Virus record (IMG/VR): IMGVR_UViG_3300022752_005671
Coordinates: 96,001 to 160,000 of that record
Strand: one strand, 5' to 3'
Source of the DNA: a virus
Length of the DNA: 64,000 nucleotides
A program made the position numbers and the translations under genes. Shown in pieces: positions 55,450-64,000 of the stretch (the first letter of the stretch is position 1; every line of letters starts with the position of its first letter). The notes beneath the pieces were generated by a model that saw only the letters and a program-made list of their open reading frames with translations, did no database searches and was not told the origin of the DNA.

Positions 55450-56286
55450 ATGGCAATCGATCTAGAAGCAATTAAGCGTCGCGTAGCAGAGCTCAGTGGT
55501 GTCAAGAAGACTTCTTCAGTCCAACTTTGGAAGCCAAGTCTAGGAGAGCACAAGGTAAGATGTCTTCCGTGGAAGAATTCACCAGATGGTCAACCATTTG
55601 CTGAACGATGGTTTTATTACATCGGTGAAAACGCAGGAATTCTCGCTCCAAATCAGTTTGGTAAGCCAGATCCAATTAATGATTTGATTCGTAAGCTGTA
55701 CAGCAGCGGTAAACCAGATGATCGCGTTCTTGCCAAGAAGCTAGCTCCAAAGATGCGATGCTATGCTCCTGTCATCGTCCGCGGTGAAGAAGACAAGGGT
55801 GTTCAGGTTTGGGCATTCGGCAAACTAGTTTATCAACGAATGCTTGGATTCTTCCTTGATGAGGAGGTTGGTGATATCCTTTCTCCGACAGAAGGTTTCG
55901 ATCTAAAGGTCTCCATTACTAAGCAACCAGGTAAGCAATTTAATGACACAACAGTTGATCCTGCGCGCAGGCCATCAAAACTTCATGAGGACTCAAAGAC
56001 GATGGAACAATGGCTAAATTCAATTCCAAACATTGACGATATGTATCGTCTCAAGTCGACCCAGGAAATTGAAACAGTTCTTAATAATTGGTTGAATGGT
56101 GGATCAACTGCTGATGCAACGCCCGAAATGTCCAGAGGCGTTGCAACGACGGATGCGCTAGATGACCTCGTCGCAGAGGTTAAATCATCTGACGCAAAGA
56201 CAACTGCCAAGAAGTCAAAGAAAGATGATGATGGAAAAAAGCAATCTCTTGATGATGCATTTGCAGATTTGATGAATGATGATTGA
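55450..56286 (+). CDS. Single-stranded DNA-binding protein (T4 gp32-like)
   Basis: WKPSLGEHKVRCLPW, FGKPDPI, RGEEDKGVQVWAFGK, DILSPTEGFDL, acidic tail LDDAFADLMNDD. Confidence 0.9.
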   Translation: MAIDLEAIKRRVAELSGVKKTSSVQLWKPSLGEHKVRCLPWKNSPDGQPFAERWFYYIGENAGILAPNQFGKPDPINDLIRKLYSSGKPDDRVLAKKLAPKMRCYAPVIVRGEEDKGVQVWAFGKLVYQRMLGFFLDEEVGDILSPTEGFDLKVSITKQPGKQFNDTTVDPARRPSKLHEDSKTMEQWLNSIPNIDDMYRLKSTQEIETVLNNWLNGGSTADATPEMSRGVATTDALDDLVAEVKSSDAKTTAKKSKKDDDGKKQSLDDAFADLMNDD

Positions 56287-56301
56287 TGTAGAGATTTAGA
56301 A

Positions 56302-56340
56302 TGCAAACGCCAGGAATCGACAAGGTTTCTGGCGTTTGTA
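56302..56340 (+). other. 17-bp intergenic stem-loop with no U-tract
   Basis: TGCAAACGCCAGGAATC-GACAA-GGTTTCTGGCGTTTGTA (three G-U pairs). Confidence 0.75.
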
Positions 56341-56375
56341 CTATCTGCGTGTTTAAGGAGATAATAACAAGACAT

Positions 56376-57569
56376 ATGGCAAAGAATAGACTAGAAGAAA
56401 CGACTACGCATAAGAAGAGCGACGTTGATAATATGATGAAGGAATTAATTTCTTCTATCAATAAAGAATATGGAACTCGCATCGCATATAACTTGTCAGA
56501 AATGGATGCTCCTACTGTTGTAAAAAGGTGGATCGACACAGGTTCTATTCAATTGAACTATGCGATTCGTAATGAACTCGGCGGAGGATATCCAGAAGGT
56601 AGAATCATCGAGATTTCTGGATTACCTTCTTCAGGCAAATCTCATCTAGCTTATCATGCTGCAGCAGTTGCCCAAAAGATGGGAGGATTAGTCGTTTATA
56701 TCGATACAGAAAATGCTACGCCTGTGCAAAAGCTTGCTGACATGGGAATTGACGTTCGTAAACGATTTGTCTACTGCGATTCTCACTGCACTGAAGAGGT
56801 CTTTTCTATCATCGAGTCTACAATTCTCAAGGCGAAGCAAGTTTTAGAAAAGAACATTCCCATTCTGGTTATTTGGGATTCTGTCGCAGCTACTTCACCA
56901 AAGGCAGAACTCGATGGTGAATATGAACAAAATTCTATCGGCCTGCAGGCTCGAGCTATCTCCAAAGGTATGCGTAAGATTACCGGCGTCATTGGTCAGA
57001 ACAATGTAACCTTATTATGCCTCAATCAAATTCGTGATAATATCGGAGTACTTCACGGAGATCCTCTAACAACACCAGGAGGACGTGCAATTCCCTTCCA
57101 CTCTTCTGTTCGAATTCGTCTTGGAAGCGGAAATCAAGTCAAGGATAAGAACGGCATGCCAATCGGTATCCATACAACGGTTACAATTAAGAAGAACAAA
57201 GTTGCTCCACCTTTCCGTAAGTGCGAATTTGACATAATTTTCGGTAAAGGTATCGTCGAAGATGAATATCTCTTTGATGAAGTTCGATCCCACTGCAAGG
57301 AGTCAGGTCCGGTAAAGAGAAGAGGACATACGATCAATATCTCTGGAGAAGGTGCATGGAAAGAATTGAGCGTCGTCAATGAAAAGACAGGCGAGGTTGT
57401 GGTAGAAAAGAAGTTCTATAAGTCTGAGTTTGGAAACTTAATGAGAGACGATATTCACGGGCCATTTATCATGGAGGCAATTGATTCAGCTTTGACATTG
57501 ACTTCAGGACCGGCAACTCCAACAGAGGGTGATGATAACGTTTCAGATGATGGAGGATCAGATGAGTGA
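56376..57569 (+). CDS. recA: RecA/UvsX-family recombinase
   Basis: GGYPEGRIIEISGLPSSGKSHLA, YIDTENA, IWDSVAA, IGLQAR, PGGRAIPFHSSVRIRL. Start moved to ATG 56376 (AAGGAG upstream); the longer ORF starts inside the hairpin. Confidence 0.95.
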   Translation: MAKNRLEETTTHKKSDVDNMMKELISSINKEYGTRIAYNLSEMDAPTVVKRWIDTGSIQLNYAIRNELGGGYPEGRIIEISGLPSSGKSHLAYHAAAVAQKMGGLVVYIDTENATPVQKLADMGIDVRKRFVYCDSHCTEEVFSIIESTILKAKQVLEKNIPILVIWDSVAATSPKAELDGEYEQNSIGLQARAISKGMRKITGVIGQNNVTLLCLNQIRDNIGVLHGDPLTTPGGRAIPFHSSVRIRLGSGNQVKDKNGMPIGIHTTVTIKKNKVAPPFRKCEFDIIFGKGIVEDEYLFDEVRSHCKESGPVKRRGHTINISGEGAWKELSVVNEKTGEVVVEKKFYKSEFGNLMRDDIHGPFIMEAIDSALTLTSGPATPTEGDDNVSDDGGSDE

Positions 57570-58011
57570 AAGACCAACAAATCCAATTTGGATCAAAGTT
57601 TTGACCGATGATGATTCATTAATTCCTGCGTATCAGACTCAAGGATCAGCAGCGTGCGATTTAAGATCTACCGATGAAGTCACATTGCCTCCTGGTTCTA
57701 GAGTAATCATTGGAACAGGCATTAAGTTAGAAATCCCACGAGGGTTTGGAGCCATGGTGTGTTCTAGATCTGGAATGGCTGCAAAGAACGGCATTCAGGT
57801 TCTTAATGCTCCAGGGATCATTGACACAGACTACAGAGGAGAAGTAAAAGTAATTCTTCATAACGCAGGCAAGGAAGAATTTATTATTAAAAAAGGAGAT
57901 AGGGTTGCACAACTTTTATTTTTCCCAATTTTTCAAGCAATCTTTCAGAAGGCTACAGAAGTTTCAGAGACGCATAGAGGTGAGGGCGGATTTGGAAGCA
58001 CTGGAGTTTGA
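57562..58011 (+). CDS. dut: Trimeric dUTPase
   Basis: GSAACDL, RSGMA, GIIDTDYRGE, GDRVAQL, RGEGGFGSTG; GGAGG SD before ATG 57562. Confidence 0.96.
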   Translation: MSERPTNPIWIKVLTDDDSLIPAYQTQGSAACDLRSTDEVTLPPGSRVIIGTGIKLEIPRGFGAMVCSRSGMAAKNGIQVLNAPGIIDTDYRGEVKVILHNAGKEEFIIKKGDRVAQLLFFPIFQAIFQKATEVSETHRGEGGFGSTGV

Positions 58012-58973
58012 GTTTGAATCCTGATCATCCAATTTTGATAATTGATGCGCAGAATCTTTTTTTACGAAGTTGGGCTGCGTATCCAACAATGAACAAGAAC
58101 GGGGAACCGATGGGTGGATGCATCGGTTTCCTAAAATCTTTTCAACGAATCGTTCGTGAGATTCAACCTTCTTGTGTGTATATTGCATGGGAAGGTGGAG
58201 GATCTAGACGAAGAAGAAATCTTTATTCAGAATACAAACTGGGGCGTAGGCCTGAAAAACTGAACCGATTCTATGGTGACGATATTCCTGACTCAGAAGA
58301 GAACAAAAAACATCAGTTGATAACTCTTCTTGGAATGTTAAAATTTGTTCCTGTTTGTCAAATCTACGTTTCCGACTGTGAAGGTGACGACATCGTAGCT
58401 CATCTATGCGAAGGTCCTCTTCGTAACGATGATAAGATCATCGTCTCTTCAGATAAAGACATGTATCAATTGCTTGATGACGACACGAAGATTTACAGTC
58501 TTCATAAGAAAAAGATCGTCACAGCGGAAGAAATTTTTGAAGAATTTAGAATCAAAACAAAAAATTTTGCAATAGCAAAAGCAATTTGTGGAGATCCTGG
58601 TGACAATGTTCCTGGAGTAAAAGGTATTGGATTTAAAAAGGTTGCATCAAAAATACCAATTCTTGGAAGCGATCATGAACTAATTTTGCAAGAAGTTTTT
58701 GACTTTTGTCAATCCAAAATTGATGAGTCGATTATTTATCGTCGCATTATGGACAGCAAGGATGACATCAGAAGAAATTGGAAATTAGTTCATCTAGATG
58801 GAAGCATGCTGTCAGCAGATCAAGTTTCAAAGGTGCGACATGTTATCGATACATTCGTACCCAGGATGGATAGGATGGGATTGATTCGAGCACTAGTTAA
58901 AGAAGGTATCGAAGGTTTCGATGTTGAAGGTTTCTTTTACGACCTCAGCTCTTTAATCGCTATTCAACACTGA
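58008..58973 (+). CDS. 5'-3' exonuclease / flap endonuclease (T4 RNase H or PolI N-terminal family)
   Basis: LIIDAQNLF, YKLGR, EGDDIV, SSDKDMYQL, GDPGDNVPGVKGIG.K; TTG start coupled to dut. Confidence 0.92.
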   Translation: MSLNPDHPILIIDAQNLFLRSWAAYPTMNKNGEPMGGCIGFLKSFQRIVREIQPSCVYIAWEGGGSRRRRNLYSEYKLGRRPEKLNRFYGDDIPDSEENKKHQLITLLGMLKFVPVCQIYVSDCEGDDIVAHLCEGPLRNDDKIIVSSDKDMYQLLDDDTKIYSLHKKKIVTAEEIFEEFRIKTKNFAIAKAICGDPGDNVPGVKGIGFKKVASKIPILGSDHELILQEVFDFCQSKIDESIIYRRIMDSKDDIRRNWKLVHLDGSMLSADQVSKVRHVIDTFVPRMDRMGLIRALVKEGIEGFDVEGFFYDLSSLIAIQH

Positions 58974-58982
58974 TTTTTATTT

Positions 58983-60404
58983 ATGACTACACAAAATACC
59001 ACTCCGACATTCGGCACTTATGGCAAATCTTTTCAAGAAAAGATCATGCAAGCGTTGTTGACTGATTGGAAGTTTGCCGAACAGATGACGGAAGTATTTG
59101 ATTCAAATTACTTTGAGTTGAAGTACTTACAGTTTTTATCAGATCGTTATTTTTCTTATTCAAAAAAGTATAAAGTTTTCCCAACTTTGCAATTGCTTGT
59201 TACGATCATTAGAGAAGATCTTAAGATTGGTACTGATGTCATTCTTCGAGATCAAATCATCGATTACCTTCAAAGGATGAAGAGCAACCCAGATCCTGGA
59301 GATCTTCAGTTTGTCCGCGAAAAATCTCTAGATTTTTGTCGTAAGCAGGCTCTGAAAGCAGCATTAGAAAATGCGGTTGATCAGATGCAAGCAGACAAAT
59401 ATGAGTCGATTGTAGAATCAATTAAGAAAGCCGTCCAAGTTGGAACAGCTCCATCTGTAGGCCACGACTTCTTTAATGAGATGGATGCACGATTCACTAG
59501 ACTTAAGCGTGATACAATTCCAACAGGCATTCCAGAGCTTGACAAAAAAGAACTATTAAATGGTGGATCAGGAAAGGGAGAACTTCTTTGCGTCGTCGGC
59601 GGCTCTGGTTCTGGTAAGTCTCACTTCCTTACGATGATTGGTGCTAATGCTCTTAGAAACGGAAAGAATGTTCTTCATTATACCTTTGAGCTATCTGAAA
59701 CAGCAGTCGGAATCAGATATGATTCAAACCTATGTGATGTTGATTCAAATGAAGTAATGGATCGTAAGGATGAAGTAAAGTCATTCTATGAATCAAATAA
59801 AAACTTAGGAAGACTTTTTATCAAGGAGTATCCGACGAACACTGCTTCAATCTTTACGATTAGATCGCACGTAGAACGTTTAGATCTTAAAGGATTTAAA
59901 CCAGACATCATCATCATCGATTATGCAGACATCATGAGATCAACGAGACAATTTGACTCTTTGCGGCATGAGCTTAAGCTTGTTTACGAAGAACTGCGCG
60001 GATTAGCAATGGAATACGGAATTCCAATCTGGACTGCTTCACAATCAAATAAAGAAGGTGCTAATGCAGAAGTCATTGATATGACGAACATGTCAGAAGC
60101 ATATGGCAAGGCAATGATTTGTGATTTTATTATCTCTGTGTCTCGTCGTTCGCATGAAAAGGCTAACGGATGGGGTAGGTTATATGTCGCGAAGAATCGT
60201 GCAGGCCGCGATGGATTAATTTTCCCAGCAAAGATTAACACTGCAAGAAGTCAATTCGAGATCGTCGGCGCCGCAGACGTTCCTGATGCGGCAACTGTTT
60301 CTGATGATGAAGCTCAAAAAAGAGCATTAAGAGCCAAATGGCAAGAATTAAAGAAAGAATTTTCGACACAAAAGCCAAACAATTTGGAAGCCAGCGTTAT
60401 ATAA
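58983..60404 (+). CDS. Replicative helicase (DnaB/gp41-like)
   Basis: TGIPELD, Walker A GGSGSGKSH, YTFEL, IIIDYAD, PIWTASQ, KNRAGRDG. Confidence 0.93.
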   Translation: MTTQNTTPTFGTYGKSFQEKIMQALLTDWKFAEQMTEVFDSNYFELKYLQFLSDRYFSYSKKYKVFPTLQLLVTIIREDLKIGTDVILRDQIIDYLQRMKSNPDPGDLQFVREKSLDFCRKQALKAALENAVDQMQADKYESIVESIKKAVQVGTAPSVGHDFFNEMDARFTRLKRDTIPTGIPELDKKELLNGGSGKGELLCVVGGSGSGKSHFLTMIGANALRNGKNVLHYTFELSETAVGIRYDSNLCDVDSNEVMDRKDEVKSFYESNKNLGRLFIKEYPTNTASIFTIRSHVERLDLKGFKPDIIIIDYADIMRSTRQFDSLRHELKLVYEELRGLAMEYGIPIWTASQSNKEGANAEVIDMTNMSEAYGKAMICDFIISVSRRSHEKANGWGRLYVAKNRAGRDGLIFPAKINTARSQFEIVGAADVPDAATVSDDEAQKRALRAKWQELKKEFSTQKPNNLEASVI

Positions 60405-60430
60405 TTAAATTTCCCCACTGAGAGACCAAT

Positions 60431-63010
60431 ATGACTTACACACGTGATGAAGCATACAAGGCATCTTTAAAGTACTTTAATGGTGACGAATTAGCAGCAA
60501 GCGTATTTTGCGATAAATATGCTTTGAGAAATCCTGGAGGTGGATTGTTAGAACTCACTCCATCGGATATGCATCGAAGATTAGCTCGTGAGTTTGCTAG
60601 AATTGAAGCAAAGTATCCAAATCCTCTTTCTGAGAAAGAGATCTTTTGCCTTCTTGCTGACGTTGAACACATCGACATTTCACAACGCGCCGCGATGTCT
60701 ATTGAGGAACTTGCTAAGGAATCTCGTGGCTTAGGTCCAGTCGTACCCCAAGGTTCTCCAATGTCTGCGATCGGAAATGAATTTCAGTATCAGTCGTTAT
60801 CGAACTGTTTCGTGATTCAGTCTCCTTATGATTCTTACGCAGGAATTCTTAAGGCTGATCAGGAACAAGCTCAAATCATGAAACGCAGAGGCGGGGTTGG
60901 TTTTGACATCTCTACCATTCGACCAAAGGGTATTGTTACTGCGAATGCTGCCCGCACCACTGATGGCATCGGCGTCTTTATGGAGAGATTCTCTAACACT
61001 TGCCGCGAGGTTGCACAAGGGGGCCGTAGAGGTGCTTTAATGTTAACGATTGATGTTCATCATCCAGAAATTAGAACATTCGTTAACATTAAAAGAGACC
61101 TTAAGAAGGTGACTGGAGCAAATATTTCCATCCGCCTTACTGATGAATTCATGCAGGCGGTGAAGGACGGAAGCAAAGTTCAGTTACGGTTTCCTGTTGA
61201 GAAGGATGCAAAACACTCAGTCGAAGAAATGGTCGATGCCAAACAACTTTGGCACGAGATCATCGAGGCAGCATGGGCTTCAGCTGAACCTGGTCTACTT
61301 TTTTGGGATACAGTTAAACGAATGACTCCAACAGAAGCATACGCAAGCGTTGGATATGGTTCAACTTCTACAAACCCGTGCGGGGAGATTGTTCTATCAC
61401 CCTATGACTCTTGTCGGTTGCTTCTTGTCAACCTCTACAAGTTTGTCAAGAATCCATTCACGTCAGCTGCCGCTTATGATAACGAAAAATTCAAAGATGT
61501 TGTGGTTAAGGCCCAACGTCTTATGGATGATCTCATTGATCTAGAGATTGAAGCTGTCGATAAGATTATTTCAAAGATTAAAAACGATCCTGAACCAGAA
61601 GAAGTAAAGCAATCTGAACTCAATCTATGGAAAAAGATTAAAGAAGCAGCTTTAGGTGGTCGTAGAACTGGATTAGGTATAACTGCTCTCGGCGATACCT
61701 TAGCAGCCATGGGATTTGTTTATGGGTCCAAACATTCTATTCAAATGACGGAGTCTCTATATAAGTCCCTTGCTGTTTCCTCTTATCGTTCAACAATAAC
61801 AATGGCTGAAGAACGCGGAGCTTTCCCTGTCTTCTCGCACAAGCTCGAGGCGGAACATCCATTTATCAAACAAATCCTAGAAGCAAATCCTGAGCTTGTC
61901 AAGGACTACAAGAAACATGGCCGTCGTAACATCGCGATTACCACAACAGCGCCGGCAGGTTCTGTCTCTGTTCTTACACAAACAACATCTGGTATTGAAC
62001 CGGCATTCATGTTGTTTTATAAACGTCGTAAGAAGGTTAATGGTGATGATCCATCTGCAAGAGTCGACTTTATTGATCCCCTCGGTGATAAGTGGCAGGA
62101 GTACACCGTCTATCACCATGCCTTTAAGAAGTGGATGGAGGTAAATCATAAGACCGAGGAAAACGTTACGGAATCTCCATACCATGGTGGTACTGCAAAC
62201 GAGATCGATTGGGTTGCCAAGGTTGATCTACAGGCCGCGGCACAAAAGTGGATCTGCCATTCAATCTCTAACACAACAAACATTCCAAACTCAACTTCGG
62301 TTGATGTTGTCAAGGACATCTACATGAGAGGTTGGGAGACTGGATGCAAGGGCGTTACCATTTATCGTGATGGTTGCCGAACCGGCGTTCTTGTTGCAGA
62401 GACATCGAAGGTAGAAACTAAGAATGTTGATGGTCAACCGGAGACATTGGTAGAAAGCCACGCACCAAAGCGTCCTAAGGAATTAACGTGCGATATTCAT
62501 AGAATTAACGTGAGGTCAGGAAGCGACAACGAGTCATATCTCGTTCTTGTCGGCAAACTTGAAGATAAACCTTATGAGATCTTCTGCGGACTATCACAAC
62601 ATGTTGAGGTTCCAAAGAAAGCCAAAACAGGTACTCTCATTAAGAATGGTAAGAAGGATGGTGTAGCGACCTATAATCTCCAGATTCCAATCGGAGATGA
62701 CGATCATCTTCTTTTTAAGGATGTTGTCGAGCTTTTTTCTAATCCAAACCATGGAGCAATGACGAGGACACTTTCTCTTGCTCTTCGTCACGGAGTACCA
62801 GTTCAATATGTCGTTGAACAGTTACAAAAGGACAAGCATAGCGGATTGCAGTCTTTTTCGAAGGCAATTGCTAGAGTTCTTAAAACATACATTCCAGACG
62901 GAACTAAATCGCAATCTGATAAGATTTGTGGATCTTGTGGTCTTGAAGGTATTGTCTATAAGGAAGGGTGTGCAACTTGTAATTCTTGCGGATGGAGTAA
63001 GTGCGGGTAA
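60431..63010 (+). CDS. nrdJ: Class II (adenosylcobalamin-dependent) ribonucleotide reductase
   Basis: SLSNCFV, GGGVGFD-like RRGGVGFD, TNPCGEI, RRTGLG, TTAPAGSVS, GCKGVTIYRDG, C-terminal TSCPD-like region and Zn ribbon (CGSC...CNSCGWSKC); no NrdB-like gene in the window. Confidence 0.9.
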   Translation: MTYTRDEAYKASLKYFNGDELAASVFCDKYALRNPGGGLLELTPSDMHRRLAREFARIEAKYPNPLSEKEIFCLLADVEHIDISQRAAMSIEELAKESRGLGPVVPQGSPMSAIGNEFQYQSLSNCFVIQSPYDSYAGILKADQEQAQIMKRRGGVGFDISTIRPKGIVTANAARTTDGIGVFMERFSNTCREVAQGGRRGALMLTIDVHHPEIRTFVNIKRDLKKVTGANISIRLTDEFMQAVKDGSKVQLRFPVEKDAKHSVEEMVDAKQLWHEIIEAAWASAEPGLLFWDTVKRMTPTEAYASVGYGSTSTNPCGEIVLSPYDSCRLLLVNLYKFVKNPFTSAAAYDNEKFKDVVVKAQRLMDDLIDLEIEAVDKIISKIKNDPEPEEVKQSELNLWKKIKEAALGGRRTGLGITALGDTLAAMGFVYGSKHSIQMTESLYKSLAVSSYRSTITMAEERGAFPVFSHKLEAEHPFIKQILEANPELVKDYKKHGRRNIAITTTAPAGSVSVLTQTTSGIEPAFMLFYKRRKKVNGDDPSARVDFIDPLGDKWQEYTVYHHAFKKWMEVNHKTEENVTESPYHGGTANEIDWVAKVDLQAAAQKWICHSISNTTNIPNSTSVDVVKDIYMRGWETGCKGVTIYRDGCRTGVLVAETSKVETKNVDGQPETLVESHAPKRPKELTCDIHRINVRSGSDNESYLVLVGKLEDKPYEIFCGLSQHVEVPKKAKTGTLIKNGKKDGVATYNLQIPIGDDDHLLFKDVVELFSNPNHGAMTRTLSLALRHGVPVQYVVEQLQKDKHSGLQSFSKAIARVLKTYIPDGTKSQSDKICGSCGLEGIVYKEGCATCNSCGWSKCG

Positions 63011-63017
63011 TATTTAG
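63010..63017 (+). promoter_or_regulatory. Putative late-promoter motif ATATTTAG before an orphan gene
   Basis: Ends 5 nt before ATG 63023. Confidence 0.4.
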
Positions 63018-63022
63018 TTTTT

Positions 63023-63349
63023 ATGAAAATAAAAGTAAAAGATCTTAAAAGATTAATCAGAGAAAGTTATGCGCGCGAAATTCCTCAATATGTTGTTGAT
63101 GAAATTTACGTCGCAGCTTCAAGATTAGATCCAAAAAAAGCTGGTAAATATTGTAAAGATCAGTTAGAACATTATTTTAAGATGCATATTAATTCTACTT
63201 CTTCAAACCCAGCTGATATGAGAGCCAAGATCATTAAAATGCATAATGTTCTATCAAACATGGAAGAAGAGATTAAAGAATTAAAAAACGTTAAAGAAGA
63301 ATTGAAAGAAATTATTGATCAAAACATTAGACGTTTCTTGTTCATTTAA
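63023..63349 (+). CDS. Small hypothetical protein with head-protein-like N-terminal motif
   Basis: Begins MKIKVKDLKRLIRES; coiled-coil C-terminus. Confidence 0.7.
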   Translation: MKIKVKDLKRLIRESYAREIPQYVVDEIYVAASRLDPKKAGKYCKDQLEHYFKMHINSTSSNPADMRAKIIKMHNVLSNMEEEIKELKNVKEELKEIIDQNIRRFLFI

Positions 63350-63390
63350 TTCTTGTGTTCAATCAAAATAGTACATAGTAATATAGCCTC

Positions 63391-64000
63391 ATGCCTTCTC
63401 AACCCAATAAAGTTGAACTAATTGGTTATTACGGTTCTGATGAAACTCATGCTCTTTCTGCTTGGACTTCAACGTCAAGAGATTTGACTGAGGATAAGAA
63501 AGAAAGAATTCCAAAGCTCCTAAAGATGTTGGCTGAAAATTCTCATGAAACTCCCTTCGAAAAGAGTTCACTGCATTTTTTGGTTACATCTGACGTGAGC
63601 GCCCACATCCACCTCCTCAAACATCGAATCGGCGTTTCAATCAACGCCGAATCTGCGCGATACAAGGAACTAAAGGAAGACAAGTATTATGTTCCCACGG
63701 ATTGGCCAGCGGAAGAAAAAGAGCTCTACATCGAACACATGGAATCCAGTCTACAGAAGTACCACTCAACGTTGGAGAGGCTGGTTCAAAAGGGGATGAG
63801 TAGAAAGCGCGCCAAAGAATCTGCACGTCTCTACCTTCCTTATGGAAATCAGATCACGGCTGATGTTATGTTTAATTTCCGTAGTTTTGTTCATTTTCTA
63901 AGGTTAAGATATTCTGAACATGCTCAAGTTGAAATTAGAGACATTGCAAAACAAATGTTGGATTTAGTTCATTCAACTGGATCTTTTAATCATACGATGG
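63391..64000 (+). CDS. thyX: Flavin-dependent thymidylate synthase, 3'-truncated; missing from the ORF track
   Basis: Manual translation from ATG 63391: MPSQPNKVELIGYYGSD...HETPFE...HLLKHRIGVSINAESARYKE...KESARLYLP...FNFRSFVHFLRLR..HAQVEIR, matching the ThyX (R/K)HR-x7-S-x-R motif; open to the window end. Confidence 0.93.
   Translation, partial: MPSQPNKVELIGYYGSDETHALSAWTSTSRDLTEDKKERIPKLLKMLAENSHETPFEKSSLHFLVTSDVSAHIHLLKHRIGVSINAESARYKELKEDKYYVPTDWPAEEKELYIEHMESSLQKYHSTLERLVQKGMSRKRAKESARLYLPYGNQITADVMFNFRSFVHFLRLRYSEHAQVEIRDIAKQMLDLVHSTGSFNHTM

Noticed and set aside
41340-62240. Scattered GCCGCGG words in AT-rich genes (about 41346, 41892, 45093, 49689, 62234)
   Set aside because: Most are explained by Ala-Ala codon pairs (GCC GCG); too few and too irregular to call a motif without a k-mer enrichment test.
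1-64000. TAG reassignment (alternative genetic code)
   Set aside because: TAG is never used as a stop, but all recognisable genes are full length under code 11, so there is no sign of in-frame TAG sense codons.
1-64000. tRNA genes, CRISPR arrays, introns/inteins, integrase or IS elements
   Set aside because: No cloverleaf, repeat-spacer array, split conserved gene, intein-like insertion (terminase, helicase, RecA and RNR are of normal length) or transposase motif was seen by eye; tRNAscan-SE and Infernal were not run.

Overview
This window is part of a large, AT-rich, contractile-tailed dsDNA phage with a T4-like head module, read in standard code 11, with nearly all genes on the + strand. 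Gene order: (1) head module, 1-12.2 kb: large terminase, portal, prohead protease, small head proteins, scaffold, major capsid. (2) Accessory insert, 12.3-19.7 kb: an HNH gene, then a three-gene cell-envelope operon (lipoprotein with a CxxCH heme motif, Cys-rich lipoprotein, Tat-signal protein), small orphans and an M15 endolysin. (3) Two minus-strand genes, one a repeat-rich fibre-like protein. (4) Neck/tail module, 22.9-53.1 kb: gp13/14/15-like genes, three tandem ~1000-aa sheath paralogues, an antisense Hef-like endonuclease, tube, a tail assembly chaperone with a probable +1 frameshift, tape measure, a 1760-aa tube-initiator-like protein, a LysM/gp53-like protein and a hub. (5) Replication and nucleotide module, 53.2-64 kb: exonuclease-less family A polymerase, HD hydrolase, gp32-like SSB, RecA/UvsX, dUTPase, 5'-3' exonuclease, DnaB-like helicase, class II RNR, and ThyX truncated by the window end. 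No tRNA, rRNA, CRISPR array, integrase or IS element was seen. The best candidate for an undescribed system is the envelope operon, which has its own sigma70-type promoter and a leaderless first gene. Other highlights are the triple sheath, the +1 frameshift, a recurrent late-promoter-like motif and a shared N-terminal motif on small head proteins. All family assignments come from motif recognition by eye; no database searches were run.
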